The notes under the pieces were generated by a model that worked only from the letters and a program-made list of their open reading frames with translations, ran no database searches and was not told where the DNA came from. From an uncultured delta proteobacterium (GTDB lineage: Bacteria; Myxococcota_A; Polyangia; Fen-1088), in contig CAVTRY010000016.1 of the NCBI GenBank assembly GCA_963737265.1, positions 160,001 to 224,000 of the forward strand: a DNA stretch of 64,000 nt. Direction: 5' to 3'. Below, one piece after another: positions 29,860 through 40,113 of the stretch. How positions within the stretch are numbered: position 1 is the first letter of the stretch; each line of letters opens with the position of its first letter. The position numbers and the translations under genes were made by a program.

Positions 29860-30933
29860 GTGCCACTCGACATCCGCCCATTCGTTCCGCTGGCCCCGTA
29901 CACGACCCTCGGGTTGGGCGGCGCCGCGCGCTATTTCGCGGACGGCGTCGATGCCGCCCGCTTGCTCGAAGCCCTGCGCTGGGCGAAGGAGCGAGCCGTC
30001 CCGGTCTTCATCCTGGGCGGCGGGTCGAATTTAGTGGTGGCCGACGATGGTTTCCCCGGGCTGGTGTTGTGCATGCGCATGCGCGGACGCGCGTGGAGTC
30101 AGCGGGCGGGCGAAACGTGGGTTGACGTGCAGGCCGGCGAGGCCTGGGACGATGTCGTGGCCGAAGCAGTCGGCCGCGGCGCCGCGGGCATCGAGTGTTT
30201 GTCGGGCATTCCTGGCAGCGCGGGCGCCGCGCCGGTGCAGAACATCGGCGCCTACGGTCAGGAGGTTGGCGAGACAATTCGCCGCGTGCGCGTTCTCGAT
30301 CGCCGCACACTCGAAGCTCGCGATATCGACGCCAGTCGATGCGTTTTCGGCTATCGCGACAGCATTTTCAAGCGCGAGCCGGACTCGTTCGTCATCTTGT
30401 CGGTGACGCTCGGGCTGGCCACCGGTGGCGCGGGCGCCATTCGCTATGGTGAGCTTGCTTCGGCATTCGCCGGCCCCGCCCACCCCACGCTGGCCGAGAT
30501 TCGCGACGCCGTGCTGGATTTGCGGCGCAAGAAATCCATGGTGCTGGAGAAGGCAGATGAAAACCGACGCAGCGCCGGTTCGTTTTTCACCAATCCCATT
30601 GTCTCGGCCCACCTGGCGGACGACATCGCCCTGCGCGCGGTCGCTGCCGGCCTCGTCAACGCACCGGAAGAAATGCCGCGCTTCCCGCTTGCCGACGGCC
30701 GAGTGAAGCTGGCCGCTGGCTGGCTCATCGAGCGCGCCGGCGTGACCAAGGGTTTTCGCATGGGCGCGGTGGGAATTTCCTCGCGCCACGCGCTCGCGCT
30801 CGTGCACCACGGCGGAGGAACGACCGCCGATCTCGTGCGGCTGGCGCTGCACGTGCGCGCCGCGGTGAAGGATCGCTTCGGCGTCGCGCTCGTCCCCGAG
30901 CCGGTATTTCTCGGTCTGACGTGGCCGACGTAA
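29860..30933 (+). CDS. murB: UDP-N-acetylenolpyruvoylglucosamine reductase
   Basis: LGGGSNL, GIPGSAGAAPVQNIGAYG, FGYRDS.FK, SAGSFFTNP, LVPEP. Confidence 0.96.
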   Translation: MPLDIRPFVPLAPYTTLGLGGAARYFADGVDAARLLEALRWAKERAVPVFILGGGSNLVVADDGFPGLVLCMRMRGRAWSQRAGETWVDVQAGEAWDDVVAEAVGRGAAGIECLSGIPGSAGAAPVQNIGAYGQEVGETIRRVRVLDRRTLEARDIDASRCVFGYRDSIFKREPDSFVILSVTLGLATGGAGAIRYGELASAFAGPAHPTLAEIRDAVLDLRRKKSMVLEKADENRRSAGSFFTNPIVSAHLADDIALRAVAAGLVNAPEEMPRFPLADGRVKLAAGWLIERAGVTKGFRMGAVGISSRHALALVHHGGGTTADLVRLALHVRAAVKDRFGVALVPEPVFLGLTWPT

Positions 30934-31006
30934 CCCGCGCGCCGCCCCCGTCGCGGACCACAAGGTGCGTGCTCCGTCCGCGAAAGTGGTGCTAGGATGG
31001 CCGGCC

Positions 31007-31555
31007 ATGAAGCCAAGCCGCATGCTCATCACCAGTTCGACGCTGTTTGCTGCTCTCGCGATGGCAGCGTTCGTCCACCCATCGACGACGCAAGCTGCAC
31101 CGCCAACGGCGCCGGCCGCCGCACCCGCCGGAAATTGCAAGACCTACGGCGCAGGCAAGTGTTGTAGTCCGGACGTTACCCTGCACCTCAACAAGGAAGC
31201 CATCTACGCCGCCTGCGGCGAGTCCGACGCCACCTTCTTGGGCGAGGAAGCGTCGAAGGAAACCTGCAATTTCCACTTCAAGGTCGCGGGCGAGAACGCC
31301 GACGACACCACCGTTCAGGTCTACTCTCCGGTCGTCAAGGAAGTGCTCGACAAGCCCACCGACCCCTTCATGAGCTTCAAAAAGGTCGGCAAGGTGTGGG
31401 TGACCGACAAGGCAAAGTCGCCCAAGGCCGCCGCGCAGGTCGTTGCCCGAACCGGCCTGTACATGGCGGGCCGTGGCTTCTTCGTCAGCGTTTCGGCGTC
31501 GACCAAGGTCTGCACCAAGAACGAAGCCATCACCCTTTCCAAGTCGATCAAGTAG
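31007..31555 (+). CDS. Secreted Cys-containing hypothetical protein
   Basis: Signal peptide ending TQA-A; six Cys; strong high-GC3 codon usage. Confidence 0.75.
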   Translation: MKPSRMLITSSTLFAALAMAAFVHPSTTQAAPPTAPAAAPAGNCKTYGAGKCCSPDVTLHLNKEAIYAACGESDATFLGEEASKETCNFHFKVAGENADDTTVQVYSPVVKEVLDKPTDPFMSFKKVGKVWVTDKAKSPKAAAQVVARTGLYMAGRGFFVSVSASTKVCTKNEAITLSKSIK

Positions 31556-31564
31556 TCGGCGACC

Positions 31565-33427
31565 ATGGCCCTGGCCGGGCTGCTGGTGTTCGTCGCGGGC
31601 CTGTGCCTGGGTCCCGTGCAAGAAACGGATCTGTTTTTTCGCCTGGCGGCCGGCGGGGAATTTCTGCGCACCGGCACGCTCGTTCACAGCAACTTGTTTT
31701 CCTTCACGTTCCCGAACCAGCCCTACCTCGACAGCGCCTGGCTCTTCGACGTCGCCACGGCGATGCTCTACCGGCTGGGCGGTTTTCCCGCCATCGTCAT
31801 CGCGAAAACGACGATCGTCCTCGCCATCGTGCTCGTCGCCTACCGGCTTTGCCGCCGCCGAGGAGCCGGGACGATCGCCTCCGCCGTGGTCTTGGCGCTG
31901 GCCTTTGCGTGCATGCGCGAACGTCTGGTCGAGCGGCCGCACATTTTCTCTCTTCTGGGTGAAGTCGCCGTGCTCGCTTTTCTTCCCGCCCTCGCGTGCG
32001 GCAAGCGTTGGGCGTGGCTCTTGGTTCCGCTGGTCGCCTTGTGGGCCAACCTTCATGCCGGCGCTTTTCTTGCGCCGGTCCTACTCGGATTGGCAGGCGT
32101 TGGCGCCGTCCTCGACCGTTCAGGCCTGCGCGCCTCCGCGCGAATTTTCGTCGCCGGCCTTCTTTGCGCCACCGCCCTTTTGGCGACGCCGGTCGGGCCG
32201 GGACTCTTCCGCTACCTGGCCTTTCACGTCGGCATCTTCGCCGTTCATCCGGTCGACGAATTCCGCGGCCTGACCTGGCGCTCGGACGCGTCGTTCGTCG
32301 TCTTGGCGCTGGGCGCGCTGGTCGTGCTCGCGGTTTCGCGGCGTGGAAGCTGGAGCCTTCGCTTGCCCGCGCTTGGATTGTTCGCGCTGGCGGCATGGCA
32401 CGTTCGCTTCGGCGCCGACGCCATTCTGGTCCTGGCCGTGGTCACCGCGCCAGCACTCGGCGCCTTGATCGACCGCTTCACCCTGGCTCCATCGCGCGCC
32501 TGGCATGCCGGGCTGGCTATCGCCCTCGTCGCTCTCGCCGTCGCGCCACGCATTGCCGAAGCCAGCCGCGGTGGACGCTTCTTGGCAATCGGTCTCGACG
32601 AAAGCGCGCTGCCGCTCGACGCCCTTCACTTTGCCGAGCAACACGACCTGCGCGAGCGCATGTACAACGATTTCGAAACCGGCGCCTACCTGCTCTGGCA
32701 AGGCTATCCGCGCTACCGCGTGTTCATCGATCCGCGTTTGCCGGCCTATCCCATCGCGTTTCATCGGCTCCTCGGCCGCATGGACATTTCACGCGACGAA
32801 TGGAGTCGGGCGATGGACAGCCTCGGCATCGACACCGCCTTGCTCGAATACGCCGGCATCAACCGCCGCGTGTCCTTCTGGGATCCCGAGCGCTGGGCGC
32901 TGGTTTTTCGGGCCAAGGACAGCCGCGTCTTCGTACGCCGGCTGCCCAAGTGGCGCACCTTCATCGCCGCATTCGAGATCCCGGCGACCTTCGACTTCAC
33001 CGTCGAAAACGGCGCCATCACGCAGCCGCTTGTGGCTCCACCCGCGGCGTCGCCTGTGCCCGCATGCGAATGGCAGTTCCACCTCGGCGAGCTGTACTTC
33101 GATCTTGACCGTGGACCAAGCGAGCGTGCCATCGCGGCCTACCGTTCGGCGCTCACCGCGCCCGCCGGTTGTCTGCCACCTGACCATGAGCTTTCGGCGT
33201 CGGCCTGGATCGGGGCGCTCGATGTGTCAGCCCACCGATTCGAGCAAGCGCTGCCCCTTCTCGGCCGCGCGCTGATTCTCTCGCCCGACGACACCGCGGT
33301 GCTCACCCAGCGTGCGCTCGCGCTCGAGGGTCTCGGACGCGGCAGCGAGGCGCACGACGTTTGGAGGCGCATCGCTACGCTGGCGGCAGGCACCGATCTG
33401 GGCGCGCGAGCGGCGAGCTTCCGCTGA
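31565..33427 (+). CDS. Polytopic membrane protein (GT-C-like) with a C-terminal TPR
   Basis: DLFFRLAAG, ERPHIFS, LWANLHAG, YNDFETGAYL, VFIDPR motifs; TPR-like C-terminus. Confidence 0.7.
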   Translation: MALAGLLVFVAGLCLGPVQETDLFFRLAAGGEFLRTGTLVHSNLFSFTFPNQPYLDSAWLFDVATAMLYRLGGFPAIVIAKTTIVLAIVLVAYRLCRRRGAGTIASAVVLALAFACMRERLVERPHIFSLLGEVAVLAFLPALACGKRWAWLLVPLVALWANLHAGAFLAPVLLGLAGVGAVLDRSGLRASARIFVAGLLCATALLATPVGPGLFRYLAFHVGIFAVHPVDEFRGLTWRSDASFVVLALGALVVLAVSRRGSWSLRLPALGLFALAAWHVRFGADAILVLAVVTAPALGALIDRFTLAPSRAWHAGLAIALVALAVAPRIAEASRGGRFLAIGLDESALPLDALHFAEQHDLRERMYNDFETGAYLLWQGYPRYRVFIDPRLPAYPIAFHRLLGRMDISRDEWSRAMDSLGIDTALLEYAGINRRVSFWDPERWALVFRAKDSRVFVRRLPKWRTFIAAFEIPATFDFTVENGAITQPLVAPPAASPVPACEWQFHLGELYFDLDRGPSERAIAAYRSALTAPAGCLPPDHELSASAWIGALDVSAHRFEQALPLLGRALILSPDDTAVLTQRALALEGLGRGSEAHDVWRRIATLAAGTDLGARAASFR

Positions 33428-33496
33428 CCTGGGCGGGGCCACCAATGTGCTGTGACCACGCCCGCCCGCAGCGAACCCGGCTTCATGCAACGCAAC

Positions 33497-33537
33497 CGAG
33501 GATGGCGAGGATGGCGTGGATGGCGTGGATGGCGTGG
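33497..33537. repeat. 9-bp tandem repeat (about 4.5 copies)
   Basis: CGAGGATGG x2, CGTGGATGG x2, CGTGG. Confidence 0.9.
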
Positions 33538-33586
33538 TGCTCGTAAGAAAAGATGGGCCGTGCTAGTTTCGCCCAGGAGGAGAATC

Positions 33587-36328
33587 ATGATGAAGGGCGT
33601 TCCTCGATGGCAGCGGCCGGGAGATCATTCCGTGACCGCCCGAACGACGAAACCCGCAATGACTGTCCCCTCTCACTGGCTCCGAGGGCACATGGGCGCA
33701 GGCGCAAATCCTCGCGCCGGTTCTCGGCGACCCGACGTCATTGTAGCGCGCATGGGTTGGCGAGTGGCTGGAGCGCTCGCGGTGTTGTCGATCGCGCCCT
33801 GCCTGGGTTGCTCTTCGGGAAGCACGCGGCCCTTGGGGACCGGCGTCTCGTCGGCCGGCGGGAACTCCGCTCCGAGCACCGGCTCGGGCAGCGGGGGCTC
33901 GTCCGGCAGCAGGGGTGGGAGCTCCGCTCCGAACCCCGGCTCCGGCAGCGGCGGCTCGTCCGGCACCGGCGGCGGAAGCTCCACTCCAAACACCGGCTCC
34001 GGCAGCGGTGGCTCGTCCGGCACCGGGGGCGGGATGTCGGCGTCGCAGGGGGGCAGCTCGCCCAACGGCGGCTCGGGAACAGACGCGAGCGCGACCGCGG
34101 GATCCGGCGCGGGCGGCTCCGGATCGGGCGCGAACGACGCGGCCGCGCCGGCCGACGGTCCATCAGGCGTACCTGTGCGCGGCTCGCAGCCGATGGTCAT
34201 ACCGGCCGAGGCTTGGAGCCGCGATCTCACGGCGACCGGCTATAAGGACGGGGTTCCCATTGGCGGCTTCGGTGCGGGATCGATGACGTGGCGCTATGAT
34301 GGCGTCTTCTACAAGGATCGTCTCCACACCGGCGTGAAGACTCAGACGCCCGATCCTGATTCCAGCTTCTACCTTTACGAGAAGTGCGGCACCGGCGCCG
34401 CCGTGTGGAAGAAGCTCGTTGCCACGGCCGTGACGGGCGCGGGTCAGGTCACCTATCGTGCGCTCTTTCCCAAGGCCTGGTTCGACTACAGCGGGCTCAC
34501 GGGCTTCGACGCGAAGGTGAAGGTTGCCCAGTGGAGCCCGGTCATCGCGGGAGACTACCAGCGCAGCAGCTACCCGGTGGCCGCGTACGAGTGGGAGTTT
34601 TCCAATCCTTCCGCGGCTGCTTGCGACGTCGCCGTGATGTTCCTGTTCAGGAACGACTCGGGCGTCTCAGCGCAGTCGGTCAGCACGCCCACGACGGCCG
34701 GAATCAAGCTCGCGCGCGCCGGGACCGCGAATGCGGCCAGCGAGAACGACGCCGAGATCACGCTGGCCGCCGCCCCTCCGGCGGGCGCCACGTCGTCGAT
34801 CCAGTCCGCCGCCAAGGCCGCGGACCTCGAGGCGCAGTTCGGCCAAGCCGGCGTGCTCTCGAACGCGGTCGGGGCCCAGGGGCTGGGCGCGATCGCCGTC
34901 AAGGTGCAGGTTGCTCCGAAGGGCCGCGTCGAGTTCCCGATGGTTCTCGCCTGGGAGATTCCCATCACCAAGCCAGGGGGTGGGAATGCCTGGTATCGCG
35001 AGTACACTCGCTATTTCGGCCGAACGGGGCTGCATTCGTGGGACATCGCCAGCGAGACGCTGGCCAACTACGCCGCGTGGGGAGACGCGATCGACGCGTG
35101 GCAGGGAGAGATCCTCGCCAATCCCAAGTATCCCGCCTGGCTGAAGACCTCGATGTTCAACGAGCTTTACTACTACATCGTCGGAGGCACGATGTGGGAG
35201 GCGGGCGCGGCTTCCGGGCAAACGGACAATCCGGACGAGGACATGTTCAGCAGTCTGGAGTGCTTCGACTATCCTGGCTACGGTACGTCGGATGTGCGGT
35301 TCTACGGTTCGTGGCCGCTGGCGCTCTACTGGCCGGCGATCGACAAGCAAGAGGTCGAGCAGTTCTGCGACAGCGTCACCACCACGCGCACCGATCGACC
35401 GAAACCGATCGGGACGACGGCCCACGATTTCGGCACGCTCAACGACGTGTTCGCGACGTGGAACTGGTACACCTATCGAGACAGCACCGTGTGGAAGGAT
35501 CTGAATTCGAAGTTAGCGCTCATGGTCTATCGTGACTGGGCTCTGACCGGGAAAAACGACCAGAAGTTCCTCAGCTATTGCTGGCCCGCGGTCAAAATCG
35601 CGATGGCCAAGGTGAAAGGCCAGGACAGCGACGGCGACGGGCTGCCGAACAGCAACGGGATCGACCAGACCTACGACAACATGGCCCTGGCCGGCAACAC
35701 CGCCTATTGCGGTACCCTGTTCTTGGCGGCCACCGAGGCAGCGCAGGAGATGGCGACCGCGATGGGCGATCCCACGCAGGCGGCCACTTATCAGGCCTGG
35801 CTCGATCTCGGCAAGTCCAGCCTCGAAAAGGAGCTGTGGAACGGAACGTACTATCGCATGGACACCAATCCGGTCGCGGCGCAAGCCAACCGCATCATGT
35901 CGGATCAGCTGGCCGGCGAGTGGTACGCGAAGGCCTGCGGGCTTCCCGGCATCGTTCCGGCGGCTCACGCCACGTCGGCATTTCAGACCGTCTATGCCAA
36001 CAACTTCATGAAGTTCGACAACGGCACCCACGGCGTTGTGAACGTCGTGCTGGCCGACGGCAGCCGCGACTCGTCTTCGCCGCAAGCGCTCGAATCCTGG
36101 GTCGGCGTGAGCTGGGGCGTCGTGGCAGGGATGATTCAAGAGGGTCTGGCGACGCAGGCCGATGCCGTCGGCAACAGCATCTACAACACGATTTGGCAGA
36201 ACAACCAGCTCTGGTTCCGGACGCCGGAGGCATGGCAGTCGGGCGTCACCAACCTGCGCGCGATGTATTACATGCGTACGAACGCCGTCTGGGCCGTCAA
36301 GCGCGCCTACGACGTCGCGCTGCCGTAG
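33587..36328 (+). CDS. GH116 beta-glucosidase/glucosylceramidase-like lipoprotein
   Basis: GVPIGGFGAGS, SPVIAGDYQRSSYP, FNELY, LECFDY, DVRFYGS, WKDLNSK, DQTYD, FRTPEAW, YMR; CLG-C lipobox and Gly/Ser linker; start 33587 (AGGAGG) or 33752. Confidence 0.9.
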   Translation: MMKGVPRWQRPGDHSVTARTTKPAMTVPSHWLRGHMGAGANPRAGSRRPDVIVARMGWRVAGALAVLSIAPCLGCSSGSTRPLGTGVSSAGGNSAPSTGSGSGGSSGSRGGSSAPNPGSGSGGSSGTGGGSSTPNTGSGSGGSSGTGGGMSASQGGSSPNGGSGTDASATAGSGAGGSGSGANDAAAPADGPSGVPVRGSQPMVIPAEAWSRDLTATGYKDGVPIGGFGAGSMTWRYDGVFYKDRLHTGVKTQTPDPDSSFYLYEKCGTGAAVWKKLVATAVTGAGQVTYRALFPKAWFDYSGLTGFDAKVKVAQWSPVIAGDYQRSSYPVAAYEWEFSNPSAAACDVAVMFLFRNDSGVSAQSVSTPTTAGIKLARAGTANAASENDAEITLAAAPPAGATSSIQSAAKAADLEAQFGQAGVLSNAVGAQGLGAIAVKVQVAPKGRVEFPMVLAWEIPITKPGGGNAWYREYTRYFGRTGLHSWDIASETLANYAAWGDAIDAWQGEILANPKYPAWLKTSMFNELYYYIVGGTMWEAGAASGQTDNPDEDMFSSLECFDYPGYGTSDVRFYGSWPLALYWPAIDKQEVEQFCDSVTTTRTDRPKPIGTTAHDFGTLNDVFATWNWYTYRDSTVWKDLNSKLALMVYRDWALTGKNDQKFLSYCWPAVKIAMAKVKGQDSDGDGLPNSNGIDQTYDNMALAGNTAYCGTLFLAATEAAQEMATAMGDPTQAATYQAWLDLGKSSLEKELWNGTYYRMDTNPVAAQANRIMSDQLAGEWYAKACGLPGIVPAAHATSAFQTVYANNFMKFDNGTHGVVNVVLADGSRDSSSPQALESWVGVSWGVVAGMIQEGLATQADAVGNSIYNTIWQNNQLWFRTPEAWQSGVTNLRAMYYMRTNAVWAVKRAYDVALP

Positions 36329-36399
36329 CCGCTTCACTGCTCCTTGCCTCCGGCCCGAATCCGCTGCGAACGGCCCGGTCCGGCTTCCACCACGACCTG

Positions 36400-38472
36400 C
36401 TAGAGTGCGCTGGTGCTTTCGAATGCCTTGAATTCCACGATGCTCACGCGGTCGGCATAGTCGGTTTGAAGAATGGTGCGGATCTCTCCTGAGGCAGTGG
36501 GAAGGTTCGCCGAAAGCACAGTGACCTTCAAGTAGCGGGCCGTGAAGGGACCAACATCCGCCACGGGGGAAAGATTCGCCGTATTGCCTGAGCGATCGGC
36601 ATACATGTGCCACGCCGTGGAAGACTGGGCAGCCGAGAGGCTGGCGGCTTCAGCCTGAGCCAGGTACTCGATGCGGTATTTGTAGACCCGCAAGACGTAT
36701 TCGAACGTCGTTTCACACCTGCCGACAGAAAGATCCGCCCCCAGATCCACAATGAGGCTCCCCGGAAGCGTCGTTGGTGCCCAGCGGGTTCCATTGTTGT
36801 AGTCCACGGCATATCGAGCGGCGTAGAAGCCCTTTATGGCGGGGAATGTCTCGGTGATGTTGCCCGACACGCCACCCTGGTAGTCGCTTTCGCTCAACGC
36901 CACGACGGGCCTGGCGAATGCGAGATCGGTTTCCGACGAAGCGAGTCCTCTGCTTACGAGGGTTTCGAGGGCACCCGTACCGGCGAAAACACCTTCCTGG
37001 GTTTGAACGCCAGCAGAGATGGTGCTGCCGTTGACGACAATTCGGTCGATAGCGGTCTGGCGCTTGACGTCGACGTAGGGGTAGTGCTGCCGGTGGTAGA
37101 CAATATAGGAATCGCCACCGTATTGCAGAATCGAATTGTGCCCTGGACCGAGTATGTTCTTGGTGTTGTCGCGCTGAACAACCATCCCGGCCGCGTGGGT
37201 GAAGGGACCAACGGGCGAGGTCGCCACGGCATATTGTACGTTGTAGTTCTGACAGGCACTGTTCGAATAGGCGAGGAAGTACTGCGTACCACTCTTGAAC
37301 ATGACGGATCCTTCGAGATAGTTGGTGAGGCCCGTCAATTGCTTGAACTTGTGAACCGTCCCGTTGGTCATCCTGGTGTCCGTGTTGTCGATGGCGGCGG
37401 AAAGATCCGAACCGAATGCGAGGGTGGCGATGCCGCAAGCCCCCCCACCACCAAAGGTCATGTAGACGGTGCTGCCGTCGACGAAGAACTGAGCATCGAA
37501 CCAGTCGTTGCCACCCCACATTTGCCCGTTGTTGTAAAGTGGCGCGGTCGCGGTGGTCGTGCCGGCGGTGGCATTGATCCACGGGCCGAGCGGAGATGTC
37601 GATCGGGCGATGCACGTGCCAATGCCGCCGCACGCATAGATCAAATAGTACTGGCCGTTGCTCGGATGCTTCATGACCGAGGGCGCCCACAGCTCTTGCT
37701 TGGGCCAGGTCGATGGCAGCGTGAGAGGCTGCGACTTCCAATGCACGAAATCGGTCGAATACCAAACCGTGGGCTCGGCGCTGTAGGCGATCCAATTGCC
37801 GTCGGTCGTCGCGAAGAGATAGAAGGTCTTGGTGTCGGCGTCGTAGAAGATCGAAGGGTCGGCAAAATAGCCGGGAATGAAGGGATTGCCATTGTTCAGG
37901 TTGTTCCAGGCGGCCGTACCGCCCATCGTCGCCCCGCCGGCCCCCTTCGCTCCGCCCGAGGCGCTGCCGCCGGACCCTGTCGTCGCCCCGCCGGTAGCAC
38001 TGCCACCGAGGGCCGCCGTGACCCCGCCGGCCAATGCGGTGGCGCCACCTGCGCCCGGCGTAGCGCCGCCGGTGCTGGACCTTGCGCCCCCAGCGAACGC
38101 CGTCGCGCCGCCGGTGGCTCCTGTGGCGCCACCCGCGCTTGTCGTCGTCCCGCCGGTGGCCGTCGTCACCCCTCCGACAGCCGTGATGGTGCCACCACCG
38201 CCCGCTGCGCCGCCCTTTCCTGTCGCCACAGCTCCGCCACCCGTGCCTGCCACGGAATCCGCGGCGGCATCTCGAACGCCGCCTGTTGCCTGATTCGCAG
38301 ATCCACCGGTGCCACCCGTCGACGGTCTGCTGGCATCCGTGGCGCTCTTGTTGGTTGTGCAGGCATGGCCCAGTGCGAACACAAGACCGGCAAGAATCAC
38401 TCGACCAAGAATCGAAGAATGCGCAGATGTTAGCACAGTGAGCAGGTTACGCCCCGTCGGCCGGGGCGACAA
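36400..38472 (-). CDS. GH43 glycoside hydrolase lipoprotein with a C-terminal discoidin/CBM32-like domain
   Basis: PGYFADPSI, WAP, LEGS, GPGHNSI, YIVYHR; AVDYNNGTRW and ARYLKV; Gly/Thr linker; start uncertain. Confidence 0.87.
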   Translation of the reverse strand: MSPRPTGRNLLTVLTSAHSSILGRVILAGLVFALGHACTTNKSATDASRPSTGGTGGSANQATGGVRDAAADSVAGTGGGAVATGKGGAAGGGGTITAVGGVTTATGGTTTSAGGATGATGGATAFAGGARSSTGGATPGAGGATALAGGVTAALGGSATGGATTGSGGSASGGAKGAGGATMGGTAAWNNLNNGNPFIPGYFADPSIFYDADTKTFYLFATTDGNWIAYSAEPTVWYSTDFVHWKSQPLTLPSTWPKQELWAPSVMKHPSNGQYYLIYACGGIGTCIARSTSPLGPWINATAGTTTATAPLYNNGQMWGGNDWFDAQFFVDGSTVYMTFGGGGACGIATLAFGSDLSAAIDNTDTRMTNGTVHKFKQLTGLTNYLEGSVMFKSGTQYFLAYSNSACQNYNVQYAVATSPVGPFTHAAGMVVQRDNTKNILGPGHNSILQYGGDSYIVYHRQHYPYVDVKRQTAIDRIVVNGSTISAGVQTQEGVFAGTGALETLVSRGLASSETDLAFARPVVALSESDYQGGVSGNITETFPAIKGFYAARYAVDYNNGTRWAPTTLPGSLIVDLGADLSVGRCETTFEYVLRVYKYRIEYLAQAEAASLSAAQSSTAWHMYADRSGNTANLSPVADVGPFTARYLKVTVLSANLPTASGEIRTILQTDYADRVSIVEFKAFESTSAL

Positions 38473-38620
38473 GCCTTCGCGAATTTCGGCGAAGGCATTT
38501 CGTTCTTTGCGCCGTTAGGTGCGCAATTGCAATGTTGGCCAGGGGAATGCTCAACAGCCGCCATTGCGATTGAAAGTGTGGCAACATCGCGTAGCTCGCG
38601 CCGGCTTTGAACGGAGGAAC

Positions 38621-40015
38621 ATGCATTCAACGTCTCCGCCAGTGGTCACAAGGTTCGGCCTGCTCCTGTTCTTGGGTGCGGTAGGGTGTAGCTCGGCGGC
38701 GGTCCCGCAGGCCTCCACGAAGGCCGATGCCGGTGCCGTCGCAACGGGCGCTGCGACGATCGCGAGTAGCGGCGGTGGAGCGCCGGGCAGCGGCGGCGCG
38801 ACGGGCGGCCGCCCAAGCACGGGTGGCACCTTGGCGAGCACGGGCGGCCACGGCGCTGACACCACCCCCACCGGGGGAACCGCAACTGGCGGTTCCGCGG
38901 TCGGCGGGGGCACCGGGAGCTCGGGCGGGGTCGTGGGATCGGGTGGCGCGGCCGCTTCCAGAGGGGGTGCGAACAGCGTGGGCGGCGCTGCCGCATCCGG
39001 CGGAAACAGCGGCGACGCTGGCGCACCGCTCGACGCACGCGGTGCAAGCGATGCTCCCAGAGACGTCGCCCTGGAGGTTGACGGCGTTCCCGACGCTGCC
39101 GCTGCCATCCAGGGACCGCAAACCTTCCATTGCGTGAACTGGGCCGACCCAAGGGACAACTTCGTCAATGGCTTGCTCGCCCTGTCCGGCCTGTCTTCCA
39201 GCACGGACAACTACGCAACGGTTCAGACCAAGGCTGGCGACATCCTTTCCGAGTTTCGGACCAAGCTGAAGGCCAACGCCGTGCGAATCCCCGTCAACGA
39301 GCCAACGGTTTCCGGCGCGTGGTGGAACGCCTACAAAGCCGTCATCGACACGGCCGTGGGCAAGGGCATGAAGGTCATCGTCGCGTACTGGGCATATCAA
39401 AACGGTAAGCCCAACGACGCGGCCGCGTTCAAGGCCATGTGGCAAGTCGTTGTTACTGCCTACCAGAGCAACAACCTGGTCTATTTCGACATCCACAACG
39501 AACCCTACGGATACGGCAGCGCGTGGAACGATGCCGCCGCGCAATGGCTGGCCGACTTTCCGACCGTGCCCAGGGGCCGCGTGATCGTCGCCGGAACCGG
39601 CTACGACGACACCGTGGTCCCGGTAGGCAACGATTCGCGCTTTGCTGGTTGCATCTTGCAGCTGCACATCTACGGGTTCTGGCACGACACGTGGGCGACC
39701 CAGAAACAATGGAGCGACAGCATGACGTCGGCGCTCGGCAGCTACGCCACGCGCACCATCGTCGGCGAATGGGGCGCGGCGATGACGACTGGTATGGACT
39801 ACGGCGTCAATACGGACGGCGACGCCTACCGATCCTACATAAGAGCAGTATCGGACATCATGCACGACAACGGCATGGGCAGCTGCTATTGGCCGGGCCT
39901 GCGCAACGGCGACAGCTACTCCATGACCACGCTGAGCACCGGCGACAGTCCCCTTGCGTTGACGGTCACCAACGCTTCCGGGCTCGCTCGTCTGCAATGG
40001 GCTTGGCAGATGTAG
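38621..40015 (+). CDS. GH5 glycoside hydrolase lipoprotein
   Basis: GGAGG RBS; AVG-C lipobox; NWADPRDNF, NAVRIPVN, HNEPYGY (acid/base), HIY, GEWG (nucleophile), YWPGLR. Confidence 0.87.
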   Translation: MHSTSPPVVTRFGLLLFLGAVGCSSAAVPQASTKADAGAVATGAATIASSGGGAPGSGGATGGRPSTGGTLASTGGHGADTTPTGGTATGGSAVGGGTGSSGGVVGSGGAAASRGGANSVGGAAASGGNSGDAGAPLDARGASDAPRDVALEVDGVPDAAAAIQGPQTFHCVNWADPRDNFVNGLLALSGLSSSTDNYATVQTKAGDILSEFRTKLKANAVRIPVNEPTVSGAWWNAYKAVIDTAVGKGMKVIVAYWAYQNGKPNDAAAFKAMWQVVVTAYQSNNLVYFDIHNEPYGYGSAWNDAAAQWLADFPTVPRGRVIVAGTGYDDTVVPVGNDSRFAGCILQLHIYGFWHDTWATQKQWSDSMTSALGSYATRTIVGEWGAAMTTGMDYGVNTDGDAYRSYIRAVSDIMHDNGMGSCYWPGLRNGDSYSMTTLSTGDSPLALTVTNASGLARLQWAWQM

Positions 40016-40113
40016 TTTGCCTTTCAAAAGGCCGAATCCGCAAAACGTCAGATCACAGAAAAATGGCAAAGCGAGCTTCCACTTTGGGCGCAAATTGGGT
40101 TCTAGTAAGAGCC

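Noticed and set aside
33497-34030. Repeats as a possible CRISPR array
   Set aside because: 9-bp tandem units and in-frame linker repeats, with no unique spacers and no cas genes
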